A stretch of DNA of 32,000 nt from NCBI RefSeq assembly GCF_000195955.2, contig NC_000962.3, positions 1,140,001 through 1,172,000 of the forward strand, in the 5' to 3' direction. Position numbers and translations under genes: made by a program. Shown here in pieces: positions 1 through 13,727 of the stretch (position 1 is the stretch's first letter; every line of letters starts with the position of its first letter). This DNA is from Mycobacterium tuberculosis H37Rv (GTDB taxonomy: Bacteria > Actinomycetota > Actinomycetes > Mycobacteriales > Mycobacteriaceae). A model generated the notes under the pieces. The model worked only from the letters and a program-made list of their open reading frames with translations, was not told the origin of the DNA and made no database searches.

Positions 1-1
1 G

Positions 2-2670
<2,669 letters not shown>

Positions 2671-2671
<1 letters not shown>

Positions 2672-3648
2672 TGATTGTCGTCCTGGTCGACCCCCGGCGT
2701 CCGACACTGGTGCCTGTTGAAGCGATCGAGTTCCTGCGCGGCGAGGTGCAATACACCGAGGAAATGCCGGTCGCGGTGCCCTGGTCGCTACCAGCGGCTC
2801 GTTCGGCGCACGCCGGAAACGACGCGCCGGTGTTGCTGTCGTCTGACCCCAACCATCCTGCTGTCATTACTCGACTGGCCGCCGGTGCCCGGCTGATCTC
2901 GGCACCGGATTCTCAGCGTGGCGAACGACTCGTCGACGCCGTCGCGATGATGGACAAGCTGCGCACCGCCGGACCGTGGGAAAGTGAGCAGACTCACGAC
3001 TCGCTGCGCAGATACCTGCTGGAGGAGACCTACGAGCTGTTGGACGCGGTCCGCAGCGGCAGTGTTGACCAGCTGCGCGAAGAGCTTGGTGATCTCTTGC
3101 TGCAGGTCCTCTTTCACGCCCGGATCGCTGAGGATGCGTCGCAATCGCCGTTCACCATCGACGACGTCGCCGACACACTGATGCGAAAGCTCGGCAATCG
3201 GGCGCCAGGAGTACTTGCGGGCGAATCGATTTCGCTCGAAGATCAACTGGCGCAATGGGAGGCAGCCAAGGCCTCGGAAAAGGCGCGAAAGTCGGTAGCC
3301 GACGATGTCCATACGGGCCAGCCGGCATTAGCGCTGGCGCAGAAGGTTATTCAGCGTGCCCAAAAGGCTGGGCTGCCCGCTCACCTGATCCCCGATGAGA
3401 TCACTTCTGTTTCGGTTTCAGCTGACGTAGATGCGGAAAACACGCTGCGCACTGCCGTTTTGGACTTTATTGACAGGCTGCGCTGTGCCGAGCGGGCAAT
3501 TGCCGTCGCACGCCGGGGCAGCAACGTTGCCGAGCAGCTCGATGTGACGCCGCTGGGTGTGATCACCGAGCAGGAGTGGCTCGCGCATTGGCCAACTGCT
3601 GTCAACGATTCCCGCGGCGGGTCCAAGAAACGTAAAGGCATGCGATAA
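2671..3648 (+). CDS. mazG: MazG-like nucleoside triphosphate pyrophosphohydrolase (Rv1021-like)
   Basis: LLEETYELLDAV...LREELGDLLLQVLFHARIAED MazG motif; start ATG 2671 (GTG at 2668 also possible) overlaps the mfd stop. Confidence 0.93.
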
Positions 3649-3735
3649 CCGCCCCGAGTGCGACGGGGTAGTCAACAAACCCATGGGACGATGATCGTGA
3701 CGGAAGCCGGTATAGGTGCCCTACGAGGGAGAGTT

Positions 3736-4467
3736 GTGTCGCCGAGACGCTGGTTGCGGGCGGTCGCCGTGATAGGGGCGACCGCGATGCTGTTGGCGTC
3801 GAGCTGCACTTGGCAGCTGAGCCTTTTCATCACCGACGGCGTGCCGCCTCCGCCCGGCGATCCGGTGCCGCCGGTGGATACGCACGCCGGCGGCCGGCCC
3901 GCGGATCAGTTGCGCGAATGGGCGGAGAAACGTGCTGCGGCATTGGGAATTCCGGTCATCGCGCTGGAGGCCTACGCCTACGCCGCTCGCGTCGCCGAGG
4001 TCGAGAATCCCAAGTGTCATCTTGCGTGGACCACGCTGGCGGGCATCGGGCGGGTGGAGAGTCACCACGGAACCTACCGGGGCGCCACGATTGCGCCCAA
4101 TGGGGATGTAAGCCCCCCGATTCGGGGCGTCCGCCTCGACGGCACCGGCGGCACCCTGCGCATCGTGGACAGGGACGGGGGCGGCCTGGACGGTGACGCC
4201 GCGGTGGAGCGTGCGATGGGGCCAATGCAGTTCATTTCGGAAACCTGGCGGTTGTACGGGGTCGCTGCCAGAAACGACGGCATCGCCAACGTCGACAACA
4301 TCGATGATGCTGCCCTCTCGGCAGCGGGCTATTTATGCTGGCGTGGAAAGGATCTCGCGACACCGCGAGGGTGGATAACCGCGCTGAGGGCCTACAACAA
4401 CTCCGTTATCTATGCGCGGGCGGTCCGGGACTGGGCGACCGCGTATGCGGCGGGTCATCCGCTGTAG
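3736..4467 (+). CDS. lpqU: Probable lipoprotein with lytic-transglycosylase-like domain (LpqU)
   Basis: Signal peptide with lipobox MLLASSC; transglycosylase-like core TLAGIGRVESHHGTYRG...GPMQFISETWRLYG. GTG start chosen to give a typical N-terminal signal. Confidence 0.85.
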   Translation: MSPRRWLRAVAVIGATAMLLASSCTWQLSLFITDGVPPPPGDPVPPVDTHAGGRPADQLREWAEKRAAALGIPVIALEAYAYAARVAEVENPKCHLAWTTLAGIGRVESHHGTYRGATIAPNGDVSPPIRGVRLDGTGGTLRIVDRDGGGLDGDAAVERAMGPMQFISETWRLYGVAARNDGIANVDNIDDAALSAAGYLCWRGKDLATPRGWITALRAYNNSVIYARAVRDWATAYAAGHPL

Positions 4468-4500
4468 CAGGATGAACCGCTAACCCAGGCTTTACGCTAA

Positions 4501-5853
<1,353 letters not shown>

Positions 5854-5857
5854 GTAC

Positions 5858-6544
5858 ATGCCCGAAGCGAAACGGCCCGAATCGAAGCGCCGGTCGCCGG
5901 CATCGCGCCCGGGGAAGGCCGGCGACTCGGTTCGGGGCGGTCGCGCCACCAAGCCTTCCGCAAAACCCTCCACGCCCGCACCGCACGCCAGCCGCAAGAC
6001 CACTCGCACGCCGCATGAGCACATTGTCGAACCCATCAAACGGGCGATCACCGAATCGGTCGAGAAGCGCTCCGAACAGCGGCTGGGGTTCACCGCGCGG
6101 CGCGCAGCGATCCTCGCCGCGGTTGTATGCGTGCTGACGCTGACCATTGCGAGGCCGGTACGCACCTACTTCGCGCAGCGCGCCGAGATGGAACAACTGG
6201 CTGCGACCGAGGCCATGTTGCGCCGCCAGATCGCTGACCTGGAGGAACAGCAGGTTAAGCTCGCCGATCCGGCGTATATTGCGGCTCAGGCCCGCGAACG
6301 GCTCGGCTTTGTGATGCCTGGAGACATCCCGTTTCAGGTCCAGCTTCCGTCGACGCCGTTGGCGCCGCCGCAACCGGGGTCAGACGCGGCTACTGCGACC
6401 AACAACGAACCCTGGTACACCGCGCTGTGGCACACGATCGCCGACGACCCGCACCTGCCGCCTGCCGCGCCACCGGCACCGGAGCCCGGACGTCCGGGCC
6501 CGCTGCCGCCGGCCTCGCCAAACCCCGAGCAGCCCGGTGGTTGA
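5858..6544 (+). CDS. Septum formation initiator (DivIC/FtsB-like) membrane protein (Rv1024-like)
   Basis: Single TM followed by coiled coil (REMEQLAATEAMLRRQIADLEEQQVKLADPAYIAAQARERLGFVMPGD), directly downstream of eno as in other actinobacteria. Confidence 0.88.
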   Translation: MPEAKRPESKRRSPASRPGKAGDSVRGGRATKPSAKPSTPAPHASRKTTRTPHEHIVEPIKRAITESVEKRSEQRLGFTARRAAILAAVVCVLTLTIARPVRTYFAQRAEMEQLAATEAMLRRQIADLEEQQVKLADPAYIAAQARERLGFVMPGDIPFQVQLPSTPLAPPQPGSDAATATNNEPWYTALWHTIADDPHLPPAAPPAPEPGRPGPLPPASPNPEQPGG

Positions 6545-7028
6545 TCGTGCCGATCTGGAGGTGGTCACGCGGCAACTCGGCCGTGCACCCCGGGGTGTGC
6601 TCGCGATCGCCTATCGTTGCCCCAACGGTGAACCCGGCGTCGTGAAAACTGCGCCGAGACTGCCCGACGGCACGCCGTTTCCGACCCTGTACTACCTGAC
6701 GCATCCGGTGCTCACGGCGGCGGCCAGCAGGTTGGAGACCACGGGACTCATGCGCGAGATGAACCGGCGGCTGGGCCAGGATGCGGAGTTGGCCGCCGCC
6801 TATCGACGGGCACACGAGTCGTATCTGTCCGAGCGTGACGCTCTCGAGCCGCTCGGGACAACGGTCTCCGCGGGGGGCATGCCCGACCGGGTCAAGTGCC
6901 TGCATGTGCTGATCGCGCATTCGCTGGCCAAGGGCCCGGGGTTGAACCCATTCGGTGACGAGGCGCTGGCGTTACTGGCCGCCGAGCCACGGACGGCCGC
7001 GACCCTGGTGGCTGGGCAGTGGCGCTAA
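6537..7028 (+). CDS. DUF501 family protein (Rv1025-like)
   Basis: VANRCPNG-like segment (AIAYRCPNGEPGVVKTAPRLPDGTPFPTLYYLTHP) characteristic of DUF501; conserved neighbourhood eno-divIC-DUF501-ppx. Overlaps the preceding gene by 8 nt. Confidence 0.85.
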   Translation: MVDRADLEVVTRQLGRAPRGVLAIAYRCPNGEPGVVKTAPRLPDGTPFPTLYYLTHPVLTAAASRLETTGLMREMNRRLGQDAELAAAYRRAHESYLSERDALEPLGTTVSAGGMPDRVKCLHVLIAHSLAKGPGLNPFGDEALALLAAEPRTAATLVAGQWR

Positions 7029-7978
7029 CCCGGGTCGCCGCGATCGACTGCGGTACCAACTCGATTCGCTTGCTGATCGCCGACGTGGGAGCCGGGTTGG
7101 CGCGCGGAGAGCTGCACGATGTGCATCGTGAGACCCGGATAGTGCGCCTGGGCCAGGGAGTCGACGCCACCGGTCGGTTCGCGCCGGAGGCGATTGCGCG
7201 GACCCGGACCGCCCTGACCGACTACGCCGAACTGCTGACGTTTCACCATGCCGAGCGGGTGCGGATGGTCGCCACGTCGGCCGCCCGCGATGTGGTCAAT
7301 CGCGACGTTTTCTTTGCGATGACGGCCGACGTGTTGGGCGCCGCGCTGCCCGGCTCGGCCGCGGAGGTGATTACCGGCGCCGAGGAGGCCGAGCTCTCCT
7401 TCCGTGGAGCGGTGGGCGAATTAGGCAGCGCCGGTGCGCCTTTCGTCGTCGTGGACCTCGGTGGCGGTTCCACCGAGATCGTGCTGGGCGAGCACGAAGT
7501 GGTTGCCAGCTACTCGGCGGACATCGGATGCGTCCGGCTGACCGAACGCTGTTTGCACTCCGACCCGCCGACGTTGCAGGAGGTGTCCACGGCCCGCCGG
7601 CTGGTTCGCGAGCGGCTCGAGCCCGCACTGCGCACCGTGCCGCTGGAGCTGGCCCGGACCTGGGTCGGGCTGGCTGGAACGATGACCACACTGTCCGCGC
7701 TGGCGCAGTCCATGACGGCGTATGACGCTGCGGCCATTCATCTTTCGCGGGTGCCCGGTGCTGATCTGCTCGAGGTTTGCCAGCGGCTGATCGGCATGAC
7801 TCGCAAGCAGCGGGCCGCGCTGGCGCCGATGCACCCGGGCCGGGCCGACGTGATCGGCGGTGGCGCGATCGTGGTCGAAGAGTTGGCGCGCGAGCTGCGC
7901 GAGCGGGCCGGCATCGACCAGCTGACCGTCAGCGAACACGACATCTTGGACGGCATCGCGTTGTCACTGGCCGGATAA
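7019..7978 (+). CDS. ppx2: Exopolyphosphatase / Ppx-GppA family (Ppx2)
   Basis: AAIDCGTNSIRLLIAD and VVDLGGGSTEIVLGE ASKHA phosphate-binding motifs; overlaps the upstream gene. Confidence 0.92.
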   Translation: MALTRVAAIDCGTNSIRLLIADVGAGLARGELHDVHRETRIVRLGQGVDATGRFAPEAIARTRTALTDYAELLTFHHAERVRMVATSAARDVVNRDVFFAMTADVLGAALPGSAAEVITGAEEAELSFRGAVGELGSAGAPFVVVDLGGGSTEIVLGEHEVVASYSADIGCVRLTERCLHSDPPTLQEVSTARRLVRERLEPALRTVPLELARTWVGLAGTMTTLSALAQSMTAYDAAAIHLSRVPGADLLEVCQRLIGMTRKQRAALAPMHPGRADVIGGGAIVVEELARELRERAGIDQLTVSEHDILDGIALSLAG

Positions 7979-8079
7979 GTCACATCTGCCACACGCGTAT
8001 CTGCGCGGGGGGACACTCTTCTGCCCGCCTCGTAGCGACAACCTTGGCCGATGTCAGACCCGCATGGGAATGTTCGGCC

Positions 8080-8430
8080 ATGACCAGACAACTGCATGGA
8101 ATTGAGCTTCGATACGTGCTCACCCTGCACCTGGCCGTCCATGGACCGGCGGCCATTACCGAAATGATCTAAGGCCTGGGCTGGCACGGCTTTGGAGTCC
8201 GGGGCAGGGCATCCAAGGTGGTGTCGGAGGCACTGCGCTGGGAAATCGGACGGGGCCGAGTATACCGGCTCGGGCGCGGACGCTACGGGCCGGGGTACAT
8301 CCCGCGCTCCACCGAATACCGGATTCACCAACGCGTGTTGGCGTTGCGGGCATCCGCCAACGTGTCGCTGCGAGGCGGGCAAAGTGTACATCCGCTCCCA
8401 GCGGAAACGCCTGTGGCAGATGTGATTTAG
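8080..8430 (+). pseudogene. Small winged-helix-like protein relic, interrupted by in-frame TAA at 8170-8172
   Basis: Same frame reads MTRQLHGIELRYVLTLHLAVHGPAAITEMI*GLGWHGFGVRGRASKVVSEALRWEIGRGRVYRLGRGRYGPGYIPRSTEYRIHQRVLALRA...; the two halves look like one mycobacterial protein family. Confidence 0.6.
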
Positions 8431-9107
8431 GCTTCGAAGCGGTAGCCCATCCCTGATTCGGTCAGCAGATGTTTGGGGTGCGACGGGTCATCCTCCAATT
8501 TGCGCCGCAGCTGCGCCAGATACACCCGCAGGTAATGGGTTTCAGTCGCATATGCCGGTCCCCACACTTCTTTGAGAAGCTCCCCGCGGCCGACCAACTT
8601 GCCGCGGTTGCGGGCCAGCATTTCCAGCATGCCCCACTCGGTCGGCGTGAGATGCACTTCGGCACCGTCTTTGATGACCTTCTTGCCGGCCAGATCGACG
8701 GTGAATGAATCGGTTTCGATCACCGGCTGCTCCAACTCGGCGGCCGCGGTGTTACGCCGTACCGCTGCGCGCAGCCGAGCCAGAAACTCGTCCATTCCAA
8801 ACGGTTTCGTCACGTAATCGTCGGCGCCCGCATCGAGGGCCTGGACCTTGTCCGACGAATCGGTACGCGCCGACAACACGATCACCGGTGCCGTCAACCA
8901 GCCACGCAGCCCGCCGAGCACGTCGATACCCGACATGTCCGGCAGGCCGAGGTCGAGGATCACCACATCGGGCGGATGCTCAGCGGCGGCGCGCAGCGCA
9001 CCCGCACCCGTCGAGGCGGTGATGACCTGGTAGCCACGCACGGTCAGGTTGATACGCAGCGCGCGCAGGATCTGGGGTTCGTCGTCAATCACCAAGACGA
9101 GGGTCAT
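8427..9107 (-). CDS. kdpE: KdpE response regulator (OmpR family)
   Basis: Receiver domain (VLVIDDEPQILRALRINL, DVVILDLGLPDMSG) plus winged helix; 4-nt overlap with kdpD. Confidence 0.96.
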   Translation of the reverse strand: MTLVLVIDDEPQILRALRINLTVRGYQVITASTGAGALRAAAEHPPDVVILDLGLPDMSGIDVLGGLRGWLTAPVIVLSARTDSSDKVQALDAGADDYVTKPFGMDEFLARLRAAVRRNTAAAELEQPVIETDSFTVDLAGKKVIKDGAEVHLTPTEWGMLEMLARNRGKLVGRGELLKEVWGPAYATETHYLRVYLAQLRRKLEDDPSHPKHLLTESGMGYRFEA

Positions 9108-11686
9108 GGGCGGTCCTCGGGAGCCGCCAGATCGATCACCACTGTGAGCCCGCCGCCCGGGGTATCGGTAGCCGAAATCGTGCCGCCCATAGCCTCGACG
9201 AAGCCGCGTGCCACCGACATCCCCAGACCGACACCGGTGGTGTTGTCGTGATCCCCCGGCCGCTGGAACGGGGCAAAGAGTTGCTCCTCGGTCCCGCGCG
9301 GGACCCCTGGGCCCTCGTCGATGACATTAATCAGGACCCGCTCACGCACCCGTCCCGCGTTGACCCGGACCACGCAGTCGGGCGCATATCGCAGCGCGTT
9401 GTCGATCAGGTTGGCTAGCACCCGCTCCAGCAACCCGGCGTCGGCCATCGCCACGGCGTCTCCCACGTCGACCTTGACCCGGTCGATGCCGGATCGGTAA
9501 AAACCGGTGGCGCCCTTGCCGATGCTGACCAAGGCCCGTTGCACCGCTTCCTCCAGGTATGCCCGGCGCAGCTGGGGGCGAATCACGCCGGCAGCCAACC
9601 GCGACGAATCGAGCAGGTTTGCGACCAGGGCGGTGAGTTGGTCGATGGACTCCTCGATGGTGGCCAACAGCTCGGCGGTATCCTCGGGGGAGAAAGCGAC
9701 GTCTTCGGTGCGCAAGCTGGACACCGCAACCTTGGCCGCCGCCAGCGGGGTGCGCAGGTCGTGGCTGACCGCCGACAGCAGCGACCGGCGCAGCTCATCG
9801 GCCCTAGCGATGGCCTCGGCCTGGCCGGCCTCTTCCGCCAGCTCGCGCTGCTTCACCAGACCCGCGGCCTGTGTCGCGACCGCGGTCAGCACTCGGCGGT
9901 CGCGGGCGGCCAACTTGCGGCCTGCCATCAGCATCCAAAACTCGTCGTCGCCGACTTCGATTGCGGTGTCGGCGGAGTCGACGTCCCGACACGGGTTTGT
10001 CCCGACGCACGCGACGGTTTCGCCTGTCGATGCGCCCTGCCGGACACGCAGCATGGTCACGGCCCGTTGGGAATACGTTTCGCGGACCCGCTGCAGCAGC
10101 GTGGCAAGGTCTGCGCCGCGCAACACCGAACCGGCAAACAGGGCCAGCAACTCAGCCTCCTGGGATGCGCGCCGAGCCTCACGGGTTCGGCTAGCCGCGC
10201 CGTCCACCAACACCGCCACCGCAACGGCCATCGCCAACAACACGAATTCGGTTACTGCGGCGTCCGGTTCGGCGATGGTCCAGGTGTAGCGGGGCTCGGT
10301 CAGAAAGTAGTTCAGCAGCATGCCCGACAGCAAGGCCGACAATGCGGCGGGGGCGACGCCGCCCAGCAACGCCACGATCAGCACGCCGATGAAGAACAAC
10401 GCGCTCTCGCCGCCGATGCCCATGAATCGGTCGAGCCAGGCCACCGTGATGGCGCAGATCACCGAGGGCACCACCAGCGCGGCCAGCCACGACGCGATAT
10501 GCCGCTCGCGCGGGGAGACCCGCGACCACCCGGAGGCCCGGCTGGCCGCGGGATGGGTGACCATGTGAACGTCGATGCCGCCGGGCTCCTGGACGGTGCG
10601 GGCGCCGATCCCCTCGTCAAACAGGCGTGCCCATCGCGATCGCCGCGATGTGCCGACGACGAGCTGCGTGGCGTTCATCTCGCGGGCGAAGTCCAGCAGC
10701 GCGGTGGGCACGTCGTCGCCGACCACGGTGTGCATGGTCGCACCGAGGCTTGTCGCCAGCTCGCGGACCCTGCCCAGCTGCGGCGCGGACACCCCCGCCA
10801 GGCCGTCGCCACGGATAACGTGAACCACCATCAGCTCGGCGCTGGACTTCGACGCGATCCGCGATGCCCGTCGCACCAACGTCTCCGACTCCGGGCCGCC
10901 GGTCACGGCGACGACGACGCGTTCCCGCGCCTCCCACGTGGCGGTGATCTTTTTGTCTGCGCGGTACTTCTCCAGGGCCGCATCAACTTGGTCGGCCAGC
11001 CACAGCAACGCGATCTCGCGCAGCGCGGTCAGATTGCCCGTGCGGAAGTAGTTCGACAGCGCGGCATCGACCCGTTCGGCTGCATAGACGTTGCCGTGAG
11101 CAAGCCTGCGCCGCAACGCTTCCGGTGTGATGTCGACCAGCTCGACCTGATCGGCCGCGCGGACGATCTCGTCGGGGATCTTCTCCTTCTGCTCGATGCC
11201 GGTGATTTGCTCCACGACATCGTTTAGGCCCTCCAAGTGCTGGATGTTGACCGTCGAGATCACCGTGATGCCGGCGTCGAGGATTTCCTGAACGTCCTGC
11301 CAGCGCTTGGGGTTCTTGCTGCCAGGTGTGTTGGTGTGGGCGAGTTCGTCCACCAGCACCACCTGAGGATGACGTCGCAGTACTGCCTCCACATCGAGTT
11401 CGGGAAACCTGGCACCCCGATATTCGACGTAGCGCGGCGGGATCATCTCGATGCCCTCGAGCAGTTTCGCGGTCTTGTTGCGTCCGTGTGTCTCGACGAC
11501 CGCGGCGACCACGTCGGTGCCGCGCTCCAGCCTGCGGTGCGCCTCGCCGAGCATGGCGTAGGTTTTGCCCACGCCGGGGGCCGCGCCCAGATAGATCCGC
11601 AGCTGCCCGCGCTTGGTGGTCACATGCTCAATCATCCACCGGTAGGGCGTAAAGATCGCGCAAAGATCGGCGAAGAGCAACGTCAC
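9104..11686 (-). CDS. kdpD: KdpD sensor histidine kinase
   Basis: N-terminal KdpD domain RIYLGAAPGVGKTYAMLGEAHRR, Usp-like domain, four TM segments, HisKA SAVSHDLRTPLAAAK and HATPase. Start is ambiguous: the open frame reaches 11719; GTG at 11686 gives 860 aa, GTG at 11623 gives about 839 aa. Confidence 0.95.
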   Translation of the reverse strand: MTLLFADLCAIFTPYRWMIEHVTTKRGQLRIYLGAAPGVGKTYAMLGEAHRRLERGTDVVAAVVETHGRNKTAKLLEGIEMIPPRYVEYRGARFPELDVEAVLRRHPQVVLVDELAHTNTPGSKNPKRWQDVQEILDAGITVISTVNIQHLEGLNDVVEQITGIEQKEKIPDEIVRAADQVELVDITPEALRRRLAHGNVYAAERVDAALSNYFRTGNLTALREIALLWLADQVDAALEKYRADKKITATWEARERVVVAVTGGPESETLVRRASRIASKSSAELMVVHVIRGDGLAGVSAPQLGRVRELATSLGATMHTVVGDDVPTALLDFAREMNATQLVVGTSRRSRWARLFDEGIGARTVQEPGGIDVHMVTHPAASRASGWSRVSPRERHIASWLAALVVPSVICAITVAWLDRFMGIGGESALFFIGVLIVALLGGVAPAALSALLSGMLLNYFLTEPRYTWTIAEPDAAVTEFVLLAMAVAVAVLVDGAASRTREARRASQEAELLALFAGSVLRGADLATLLQRVRETYSQRAVTMLRVRQGASTGETVACVGTNPCRDVDSADTAIEVGDDEFWMLMAGRKLAARDRRVLTAVATQAAGLVKQRELAEEAGQAEAIARADELRRSLLSAVSHDLRTPLAAAKVAVSSLRTEDVAFSPEDTAELLATIEESIDQLTALVANLLDSSRLAAGVIRPQLRRAYLEEAVQRALVSIGKGATGFYRSGIDRVKVDVGDAVAMADAGLLERVLANLIDNALRYAPDCVVRVNAGRVRERVLINVIDEGPGVPRGTEEQLFAPFQRPGDHDNTTGVGLGMSVARGFVEAMGGTISATDTPGGGLTVVIDLAAPEDRP

Positions 11687-11776
11687 GGTCGTGTTCCTGG
11701 GGGGCCCGGCAACTACCATCCTGCTGGGCTATCTGATGCGCTGCGATGCCGGTGCACAAGAATCGAGAGGACTCAC

Positions 11777-11923
11777 ATGGCCGACTTGGTGTTGGTGCTG
11801 ACCGTGATGGCCTTTGCCGGGCTTTGCCTGCTCTACGTCCGTGGCTGTGAACGGATCATTCGCCGCGACGAAATCGGGGAAACAACAGTCGAACTCACGC
11901 GAGCGCCGGCCGAATGGCGATGA
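11777..11923 (+). CDS. 48-aa single-pass membrane protein upstream of kdpF, not in the supplied ORF track
   Basis: Hand translation: [48 protein letters not shown]. Upstream GAGAGG purine-rich stretch 6 nt before ATG; stop TGA overlaps kdpF ATG (ATGA). Confidence 0.75.
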
Positions 11924-12012
11924 CTACGGTCGACAACATCGTCGGGTTGGTGATCGCGGTGGCGCTAATGGCGTTCCTATTCGCGGCGCTGCTGTTTCCG
12001 GAGAAGTTCTGA
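11920..12012 (+). CDS. kdpF: KdpF small membrane subunit
   Basis: Hand translation: [30 protein letters not shown] (30 aa); stop overlaps kdpA ATG. Confidence 0.9.
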
Positions 12013-13727
12013 TGTCCGGGACGAGTTGGTTGCAGTTCGCGGCGTTGATCGCGGTGCTGTTGCTCACCGCGCCAGCGCTGGGCGGCTACCTGGCCAAGAT
12101 CTACGGCGACGAGGCCAAAAAGCCCGGCGATCGGGTGTTTGGGCCGATCGAGCGCGTGATCTACCAGGTATGCCGAGTCGATCCCGGCAGCGAGCAACGG
12201 TGGAGCACCTATGCCCTGTCCGTGCTTGCGTTCAGTGTTATGTCCTTCCTGCTGCTGTATGGGATCGCGCGGTTTCAGGGCGTGCTGCCGTTCAATCCGA
12301 CGGACAAGCCGGCGGTGACCGACCATGTCGCCTTCAACGCCGCGGTCAGCTTCATGACCAATACCAACTGGCAGTCCTACAGCGGCGAAGCCACGATGAG
12401 CCACTTCACCCAGATGACCGGGCTGGCCGTGCAGAACTTCGTCTCCGCGTCCGCCGGCATGTGCGTGCTGGCGGCCCTGATCAGAGGTCTGGCCCGCAAA
12501 CGGGCGAGCACGCTCGGCAACTTCTGGGTAGACCTCGCCCGCACCGTGTTGCGCATCATGTTTCCGCTGTCGTTCGTGGTGGCGATCCTGTTGGTCAGCC
12601 AGGGCGTGATCCAGAACCTGCATGGTTTCATCGTCGCCAACACGCTGGAGGGCGCCCCCCAGCTCATTCCAGGCGGGCCGGTGGCCAGCCAGGTCGCGAT
12701 CAAGCAGCTCGGCACCAACGGCGGCGGGTTCTTCAACGTGAACTCCGCGCATCCGTTCGAAAACTACACGCCGATAGGCAATTTCGTCGAAAACTGGGCG
12801 ATCCTGATCATCCCGTTCGCGCTGTGCTTCGCCTTCGGCAAGATGGTGCACGACCGTCGTCAAGGCTGGGCGGTGCTGGCCATCATGGGCATCATTTGGA
12901 TCGGAATGTCAGTCGCGGCAATGTCATTCGAGGCCAAGGGCAACCCGCGGCTGGATGCGCTGGGGGTGACACAGCAGACGACGGTCGACCAGTCCGGCGG
13001 CAACCTGGAGGGCAAGGAGGTGCGCTTTGGCGTCGGTGCGTCTGGGTTATGGGCGGCGTCGACGACCGGCACCTCCAACGGCTCGGTCAACTCGATGCAC
13101 GACAGCTACACACCACTGGGCGGCATGGTCCCGCTGGCGCACATGATGCTCGGCGAAGTCAGCCCGGGCGGCACCGGCGTCGGATTGAACGGCCTACTGG
13201 TCATGGCGATCCTGGCGGTTTTCATCGCCGGCCTCATGGTAGGCCGGACACCGGAGTATCTCGGCAAGAAGATCCAGGCCACCGAGATGAAGCTGGTGAC
13301 GCTCTACATCCTGGCGATGCCCATCGCCCTGCTGAGTTTCGCCGCCGCGTCGGTGCTGATCTCCTCCGCGCTGGCGTCGCGGAACAACCCTGGGCCGCAT
13401 GGTCTTTCGGAGATTCTATACGCCTACACGTCGGGCGCGAACAACAACGGGTCGGCCTTTGCCGGTCTGACCGCGTCTACCTGGTCATATGACACCACGA
13501 TCGGAGTGGCGATGTTGATCGGTAGGTTCTTCCTGATCATTCCGGTGCTGGCGATCGCCGGCTCCCTGGCACGTAAAGGCACGACGCCGGTTACCGCCGC
13601 CACCTTCCCGACGCACAAGCCGCTCTTTGTTGGCCTGGTCATTGGGGTCGTACTGATCGTCGGCGGCCTGACGTTCTTCCCCGCCCTGGCGCTGGGGCCG
13701 ATCGTCGAGCAGTTATCGACCCAGTGA
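12012..13727 (+). CDS. kdpA: Potassium-transporting ATPase subunit A
   Basis: 571 aa KdpA; motifs [34 protein letters not shown]. Confidence 0.97.

Noticed and set aside
9507-11227. Long plus-strand ORFs (260 and 562 aa) opposite kdpD
   Set aside because: Composition is Arg/Gly/His/Gln-rich shadow translation of kdpD; no initiation context or domain.
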